Shown here one piece after another: positions 57,861 through 64,000 of a stretch of DNA of 64,000 nt (position 1 is the first letter of the stretch; each line of letters opens with the position of its first letter). A program made the position numbers and the translations under genes. The notes below the pieces were generated by a model. That model made no database searches and was not told the origin of the DNA. It saw nothing but the letters and a program-made list of their open reading frames with translations. The stretch is from an uncultured archaeon (GTDB taxonomy: Archaea; Asgardarchaeota; Lokiarchaeia; Sigyniarchaeales; SOKP01): assembly GCA_964508365.1 (NCBI GenBank), contig CAZDTP010000006.1, positions 45,777 to 109,776 on the forward strand, read 5' to 3'.

Positions 57861-58955
57861 ATGTCTTCTGAAAAAATTAAAATTGGGATTTTAGGAGCTA
57901 CAGGGATCGTTGGTCAAAATTATATTAGTCTATTGATTGGACATCCATGGTTTGAAATCGTAGATGTTGCAGCATCACCCAGATCGGCAGGAAAGCCGTA
58001 TAGAGAAGCCATCAAGGGAAGATGGCAAATGGCTATGGATATCCCATTAGAAGTTAGAAATTTAGTTGTAAGGGATGTCCAAGATTTTGATTCTCTTAAA
58101 AATGAGGTTAGTTTTGTGTTTTCTGCGATGGATTTGCCTAAGAAGGAAGACACGAGAGCAATCGAATTTGAATACGCTAGAAAGGGTATTCCTGTTATAA
58201 GTAATAGCTCAGCGAACAGATGGACTCCTGATGTGCCTATGATTATACCTGAAATCAATTACGATCATATAGATATAATCCCCATCCAGCAAAAAAATAG
58301 GAATTTGTCACGGGGTTTTGTGATCGTTAAACCAAATTGTTCTATTCAAAGCTTTATGGCTCCTATTTTTGCTTTGGAACGAAAAGGTTATAAAGTTGAT
58401 AAGTTGATAGTGACGATGCTTCAAGCAGTTTCTGGAGCGGGTTATCCTGGAGTTCCCTCACTAGATATTTTGGATAACATTGTTCCTTACATCGGAGGAG
58501 AAGAAGAAAAATCTGAGAAAGAACCACTCAAAATTTTAGGACATGTTGGCGAGAACGGAATCGTTAACGCGGATTCGATTCAAATAAGTGCAACTTGTAT
58601 TAGGGTTCCTGTTACGGATGGTCATACTGCTTCTGTCAATATTAAATTTGAAAATCAAATTCCAAACGAAGAAGACATAATTAAAATTTGGAAAGAATTC
58701 AGATCGCTCCCTCAAGAACTTAATCTGCCTTTTGCTCCAAAGCAGCCAATTATATACCTGGATAATTTAGATAGACCACAACCTAAAAAAGATAGAGATA
58801 ACGACAAAGGTATGGCAGTTACTATTGGCCGATTAAGGAAGGATACCATTTTTGATTATAAATTTATTGCGTTAAGCCATAATACAATAAGAGGCGCAGC
58901 AGGTGGAGCAATATTAAATGCAGAATTACTGAAAGCCAAAGGATTCATAAAATAA
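57861..58955 (+). CDS. asd: Aspartate-semialdehyde dehydrogenase
   Basis: LGATGIVGQ, PNCS, QAVSGAG, CIRVPVTDGH, HNTIRGAAG. Confidence 0.96.
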   Translation: MSSEKIKIGILGATGIVGQNYISLLIGHPWFEIVDVAASPRSAGKPYREAIKGRWQMAMDIPLEVRNLVVRDVQDFDSLKNEVSFVFSAMDLPKKEDTRAIEFEYARKGIPVISNSSANRWTPDVPMIIPEINYDHIDIIPIQQKNRNLSRGFVIVKPNCSIQSFMAPIFALERKGYKVDKLIVTMLQAVSGAGYPGVPSLDILDNIVPYIGGEEEKSEKEPLKILGHVGENGIVNADSIQISATCIRVPVTDGHTASVNIKFENQIPNEEDIIKIWKEFRSLPQELNLPFAPKQPIIYLDNLDRPQPKKDRDNDKGMAVTIGRLRKDTIFDYKFIALSHNTIRGAAGGAILNAELLKAKGFIK

Positions 58956-58962
58956 ATTTGAT

Positions 58963-60522
58963 TTAAAAGTTATGCATATCGATCGCAATTTTGAGCAAAT
59001 CCTTCATAAAAAAGAAACGATTTTTCCTCTTTAGTAGAGAATATGGAGGAATTTCGGGGTAAATTTGAAAAATTTGAGGTTGCTTCAACATTTTCAGAAC
59101 TTTCAAGATGGAAAACAAAGATATCTTATGGAACTTAAAGATAAATGTATTTAAAATCGCTTCTATAAGGTTTTTATTTAGAATTATAATATTAGTTATA
59201 AATCCATATCTCTCTGAATAGGCAAACCTTATTGAATCTAAAGATTTTTTGTCGATCCCAGACAGGAGTTCTTTTTCAGTTATATTTTTTACTTTCGTGA
59301 GAGTTCCTTTGTCTATTTCAAGTAGTAAAGTAGTTGGTGCTTGGCTACTTATATCGTTCTTTTTTTTGCTGGTAGTAATAATTAGTAGAATTTTTGCGTT
59401 TAACCCCACAAATGTATCAAATAACCCGAAAAGATATTCAGGAATAGCCCAGTGTGAAAGTTTTTTTAAGTTTAAATCTATACCTATAAGTCTTATTAAA
59501 AATCTGATTAATGTATTAAAAATTTTAGGTTTGGGGTACGTACTCCAAAGCAAGTCATATCTTCTAATTCCATACAAAAACTTTTGAAAGAATAATTTTA
59601 AAATCTCCTTATCAATCGGTATTTCATTTTCAAATAATTCTGAGAGGTATTTTAAAATAACGTTGAAGTTAATATTGAAAACATTATCCACCATGAAGGT
59701 TTGTTGAGCTTTCTCAATAGCTGTAAATAATCCATAAGAATTTATATTGTAATCTTCCCTTTCTATCGGGAATAATTTAACTTCAATATCAGATTTTAAC
59801 TTATTGCTTTCAATTTTCTTCAGATTTATGCCAAATGATAATTGATCAGATGCCATTGCCACCAAGACATTAAACGAAGGAATTATATCTTCAATAAAAG
59901 CGAAAATAGATGACAATTTGATGCCTTCAAGAAGACTTATATTATTTCTTAAAAATTGTAAAATGTATGGTTCGGGATACGTAGCTATTAAATTATCAGT
60001 TAGAGATATTTGTATTAAATCCAAAAAACTTCGGAATATATCAGAAATGGTAGAATCACCAATCTTTCCAGAATGACTATTTATTAAATCCAAACCTCTT
60101 TTTTTTATTATTCTGATACTATTAACTTTAACACCGTGATTTTTTAAGATTGATGATTGAAATTTATTAAATATTTTGTTCATATCACCCAAATTCTCTT
60201 GCTTAAGTCTAACTAAATCGTTTGGTAATTTCTCTATTGTTTCATGAATTCCCGGTTTATTGGTCTTATATAAATACACACTAGACACAATATTTTTAAT
60301 ATCGGAATCTAACACGATGATATCGAGAATATTTTGTTGCTCATTAACATATCGCGGGTAAAGAACTGCAAACAAATTATATAATAAAAAGGCGTCAATC
60401 TGAATGGGAGTTAAAGGAATTCTGACTTTCTCATCTAATTTTTCCGGGTTTTCAACTATGTTTACCTTTGAATTAAACTTTAAAATATTTAGCCAGTTTT
60501 TTCGTAAATCTTCGTTAATCAT
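58963..60522 (-). CDS. Hypothetical protein
   Basis: 519-aa ORF whose start overlaps the upstream gene stop. Confidence 0.7.
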   Translation of the reverse strand: MINEDLRKNWLNILKFNSKVNIVENPEKLDEKVRIPLTPIQIDAFLLYNLFAVLYPRYVNEQQNILDIIVLDSDIKNIVSSVYLYKTNKPGIHETIEKLPNDLVRLKQENLGDMNKIFNKFQSSILKNHGVKVNSIRIIKKRGLDLINSHSGKIGDSTISDIFRSFLDLIQISLTDNLIATYPEPYILQFLRNNISLLEGIKLSSIFAFIEDIIPSFNVLVAMASDQLSFGINLKKIESNKLKSDIEVKLFPIEREDYNINSYGLFTAIEKAQQTFMVDNVFNINFNVILKYLSELFENEIPIDKEILKLFFQKFLYGIRRYDLLWSTYPKPKIFNTLIRFLIRLIGIDLNLKKLSHWAIPEYLFGLFDTFVGLNAKILLIITTSKKKNDISSQAPTTLLLEIDKGTLTKVKNITEKELLSGIDKKSLDSIRFAYSERYGFITNIIILNKNLIEAILNTFIFKFHKISLFSILKVLKMLKQPQIFQIYPEIPPYSLLKRKNRFFFMKDLLKIAIDMHNF

Positions 60523-61946
60523 CGCTGCTGATTCCTCTTTTTAGTAGGTTTTTCCGATTCCTTATTGACAACTTGATTTAATAGAGCATTATAGAAAGAG
60601 AGATTTGGAGTTTGTTTTTTTCCATAATATTTAAGGAGAGTATTTAAGCTCGTATGGAACTCTGGTGGACATCCTGGAAGTTCTATTATGGATTTGTTTA
60701 CTTTCTTTTTAATAATATTGTCTTTTTGAGAAGAAGTATCTTTCTTTACTTTGTCTCCTACGGTTTTAATGATATTATCTTTTTTTGCTACTTTAATATA
60801 TCGAAAATCACGATTCTTTGTACTTTTTAACGCACAGTCTCCAAAAACTATAATATTTTCTACTGTATCAGGTTCAGGAGGATTTTCACCAATCAACATT
60901 GACTGTTTTCTTATGTATTTTAAATCTTTTGTCATGTGGGTTTTCATGAAATTTAAAAGGTAATACGCCTCTTTGAAGCAACCAGAACAAATTCTTCCAG
61001 TTTGTAGATATGTGTTAGTAATCGTAATTTCATCCAACTTATTAACTGAGAAATTAACTATTAACTCGTTAGCATCAAGGTTTTCACCTTTTAAATTAAT
61101 TTCAGAAGCAGTAGTTATTCCTAATTTTCTATTGCTCGCTTCTAATAGGATTTCGCTACTTAATAAATCAATTTTTAATAAATTTAATGTGGTTAAGTCC
61201 ACTGCTATCGCATCAGATCCACTAACTACTAACCCTGTACGAATTAAATTTGAATCCTTGTATATTAAGGGACCAGCACCTTCCAAGAAATAAAACATAT
61301 CGTTTATAACTAAACAGGGCTTTTTAATACTGAAAACATCGAGAATGTGTGATATTAAATCTTGCTTAAATTGGTCTAATAACAAATAATCTTTCCCGCT
61401 TCTAATTACCTTATGAATTTTCTGAGATTTAGAAGACACTAAAGAATAACAATTCAGTAATGAAAGCGTGCATTTGAATAAGGGGTCAACGCTTACTTGA
61501 TTGAGTATAATTAATTTATCAGATTCAAGCACTCTTGTTGGATATTCGATACTTTTTTCGTTTACAGCGACATTACTAAATGGGGATATTACCTGATCAT
61601 CCAAAGATATTAATTCTGCTCCAAGGTTTTCTAAGTAGGATTTGAGATCTAAGGTGTTATTAAGCGTGCTGGTTTTTATACCGTAATCTGGAAACCCTCC
61701 AACATATATTTTTGTTGCTCCTGCATCCTTGCACAAGATTATTAAAGTTCTAAGGGAATCCATACTTACATTAACAGGAAAGCCACTAGGTGCTCTTAAA
61801 TTAATTTTGATAAAAACTTTATCTTCCTTTTCAATAAACCTTGAAATCCCACCAAGTAATTCAATCCCATTGTTTATAGCCTTAGTCGGACTGTCGTTTT
61901 TGGTTATAGCCACATTAGTGCTATTAATTTTAGAGTTCTCAATCAT
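60519..61946 (-). CDS. DUF362-family protein with Fe-S-like Cys motifs
   Basis: VFIKINL, SGSDAIAVD, CSGC, GDC, PGCPP. Confidence 0.75.
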   Translation of the reverse strand: MIENSKINSTNVAITKNDSPTKAINNGIELLGGISRFIEKEDKVFIKINLRAPSGFPVNVSMDSLRTLIILCKDAGATKIYVGGFPDYGIKTSTLNNTLDLKSYLENLGAELISLDDQVISPFSNVAVNEKSIEYPTRVLESDKLIILNQVSVDPLFKCTLSLLNCYSLVSSKSQKIHKVIRSGKDYLLLDQFKQDLISHILDVFSIKKPCLVINDMFYFLEGAGPLIYKDSNLIRTGLVVSGSDAIAVDLTTLNLLKIDLLSSEILLEASNRKLGITTASEINLKGENLDANELIVNFSVNKLDEITITNTYLQTGRICSGCFKEAYYLLNFMKTHMTKDLKYIRKQSMLIGENPPEPDTVENIIVFGDCALKSTKNRDFRYIKVAKKDNIIKTVGDKVKKDTSSQKDNIIKKKVNKSIIELPGCPPEFHTSLNTLLKYYGKKQTPNLSFYNALLNQVVNKESEKPTKKRNQQR

Positions 61947-62011
61947 TACTAAATATTAAAATTAAATAATCAAATAAATCTTTATTAAAATATTAGGAGT
62001 TGTTTTAGAAT

Positions 62012-62902
62012 ATGGAGCAAAGCACTATAAAAATACTCTTAGAACAAACACAATTTAAAATCCCCTCTGATACAATTGGAATAGATATAGGTCAGAGCTT
62101 AACAAAGATTGCTTATCTAAAAGATAATGAAATTATCTTTAAAATAGGAGCAACAAATCTTAAGGGAATAGTTGATTTTCTTGATGAGAATAAAAGTAAA
62201 TTTAATAGGGTTAATTTTACTGGCGGAAAAGCTTACAAGCTTTATAAAAAATATTCAAACAGTTTCAGTACTACCCTACTCAACGAATTTGAGTCAAATA
62301 TAAAAGGATTAGAATTTCTTTATGAATATTACAAGAAGAAAGCATTTCCTCCATCTCTTATTGTCACATTAGGAACAGGGACTTCAATAGTCCTAAAAGG
62401 AGATAAGATTGAACACTTGGGTGGATCGGCTATGGGAGGAGGTTTCTTTATGGGTCTAATTAATTCACTCTTTATTGAGTCATCAATGGATTTTAAAAAG
62501 GCAATAAATCTCGCTAATAAGGGGAATAGATTCAAAGTTGATTTAAAAGTAGGAGATATCTATGATATTGAAGACGATAGAGTAGATAAGATATTTAGAG
62601 AATTCACAGCTGCTTCGTTCGGTAAAATAAGCAAAGCAAATGACTTTATTTCAATAAAAAAGGAAGATATCATTAATTCAATAATAGGAGTAATTGGAGA
62701 AAACTTAGGAATAATTGCTACTCTTATGGCAGAAAACCATAAGATGAAGAACATAGTTTTTTGCGGGGGATTTCTCATCGGAAATAAGCCACTAAAGCAA
62801 ATTCTGTCCTTATTATGCAAATTCAAAGGAATTAAATCGCAATTTATTGATAACTCTGTGTTTTCTGGAGCTTTAGGGTCCCTTCTGTTCGATATAAATT
62901 GA
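62012..62902 (+). CDS. Type II (Fumble-family) pantothenate kinase-like protein
   Basis: GIDIGQSLTK, TGGKA, EFESNIKG, LGTGTS, GGSAMGGGFFMGL, GDIY, ASFGK. Confidence 0.85.
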   Translation: MEQSTIKILLEQTQFKIPSDTIGIDIGQSLTKIAYLKDNEIIFKIGATNLKGIVDFLDENKSKFNRVNFTGGKAYKLYKKYSNSFSTTLLNEFESNIKGLEFLYEYYKKKAFPPSLIVTLGTGTSIVLKGDKIEHLGGSAMGGGFFMGLINSLFIESSMDFKKAINLANKGNRFKVDLKVGDIYDIEDDRVDKIFREFTAASFGKISKANDFISIKKEDIINSIIGVIGENLGIIATLMAENHKMKNIVFCGGFLIGNKPLKQILSLLCKFKGIKSQFIDNSVFSGALGSLLFDIN

Positions 62903-63022
62903 TAATTTGTAATTTAAATAGTAAAGTGTGCCCATGGGAGATATCTACTCATCGATTTTTAGTCCTAAGACTACTCTCGTAAATACACTATAATGGGCAC
63001 AAAGAATGTAAAGTAAGGTAAT

Positions 63023-63670
63023 TTAAATAGTCTCGGAGTGTTTCCTTAACATATCTTCGTTAGTTTTACCCATTTTGATTGCGAGCTCAGCGATTATGGC
63101 ATCTAAATATACGAATGCGGCTATCTCGAACATAGTTCCTTCAGGGGTAAGAATTGCAGTATCATCGTGAAGATCAACTTGATCTCTTTTAGTACGGCCC
63201 TTTAGCTTTATAGTAATATCAGCAACTCTCCCGATAATAGTCTCGGGATGGGAAGTAATTGAAATTATACCAAAAGGTTTAGCGGAATTCACGTAATTTT
63301 TGAGAAGGCTTACCACGATCGATGTTGTTCCCGATCCAGAAAGGACTATTAAAATATCCTCGTTTGTTAGCGCAGGTATTGACCCTAAGTTAGTCACCAT
63401 ATAAACATCTGCTCCAAGATGGACCAACCTTGTCGCAAAGCATTGTAAAATAAAAGCAGAGCGTCCACTTGCTAATAAGAAGAATTTTCTCTTCTTTACT
63501 AAGCCACCGTAGACCATATCGATAAATTTCTTAGTATGTGAAAAATGTTTAGGTTTGCTTAAATGTTGCATATTGTCTTGAAGATTTCCTAATATCACAT
63601 CCATAGATTGAAATAAAATCTCTCTTTCTTTTCCATTAAGCTTTCGTTCACTATTAATATTATCAGCCAT
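63023..63670 (-). CDS. hxlB: 6-phospho-3-hexuloisomerase (SIS domain)
   Basis: GRSAF...RLVHLG, SGSGTT, PEGTMFE, H at C-terminus. Confidence 0.85.
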   Translation of the reverse strand: MADNINSERKLNGKEREILFQSMDVILGNLQDNMQHLSKPKHFSHTKKFIDMVYGGLVKKRKFFLLASGRSAFILQCFATRLVHLGADVYMVTNLGSIPALTNEDILIVLSGSGTTSIVVSLLKNYVNSAKPFGIISITSHPETIIGRVADITIKLKGRTKRDQVDLHDDTAILTPEGTMFEIAAFVYLDAIIAELAIKMGKTNEDMLRKHSETI

Positions 63671-64000
63671 ATCAAATCAAAAATCTATTTTTTTTTGATA
63701 TATATAGTAACTAAGCATCGATTTAAAAAATAGATATTGGTTCGATAAAGTTCAATCCTAATCTTTTTAAAAAACACTTATCAAGGGATTAATTCTTTAA
63801 TACTACACAGCTATTATAATTCTTTAACAAGTTTTTTCCACTCTAATAACCATTCTTTGAATTCTTCATCTGATTGAAATGGAATGTTCGTTTGTATCTG
63901 GATTTTTCCAAAATCATTATTATCGTTTGATAAGAGTTAATATGAATTAATTCCAATCCTTGAAGGAACACACTTTGATCGTAGATTATGAGTGATAATA

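Noticed and set aside
70-62826. Short antisense or overlapping ORFs in the track (e.g. 285..470, 894..1133, 26724..27104, 40387..40755, 56466..56804)
   Set aside because: Shadows of longer genes or of tRNA-Tyr, with no motifs
63814-64000. Possible C-terminal end of a gene running off the window (…FQSDEEFKEWLLEWKKLVKEL)
   Set aside because: It needs a frameshift near 63920 and the upstream context is missing
1-64000. CRISPR arrays, rRNA, transposases or integrases
   Set aside because: None seen by eye on either strand

Overview
AT-rich archaeal chromosomal segment, most consistent with an Asgard archaeon (Lokiarchaeia). This is inferred from a Loki-CTERM-type sorting tail, a ubiquitin E2, eS30, GPN and NOG1 GTPases, Rab-like and MIT-like domains, a Sec-containing SelD and methanofuran genes mfnE/mfnF. 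The window holds about 58 CDS, two intron-containing tRNAs (Tyr with two introns; Trp with a D-loop intron) and one decayed crotonase. No CRISPR array, rRNA or transposase was seen. The top finding is an unannotated 59-aa single-pass membrane ORF (20793..20972, minus strand). It has an in-frame UGA in a GGG-U-PSTC context, followed 56 nt later by a eukaryote-style SECIS hairpin (AUGA/GA core, AAAA loop), so it is a candidate new SelK/SelS-like selenoprotein. The window also contains selD with its own in-frame UGA and SECIS-like element. Other highlights: an HTH fused to a Rab-like pseudoGTPase behind nested operator-like palindromes, a split PEP-synthase-type dikinase locus, an adaptin-like HEAT/PCI/Ig protein, an IFT52-like GIFT protein and a gene bracketed by inverted repeats. 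All family assignments come from motif recognition by eye; no searches were run.
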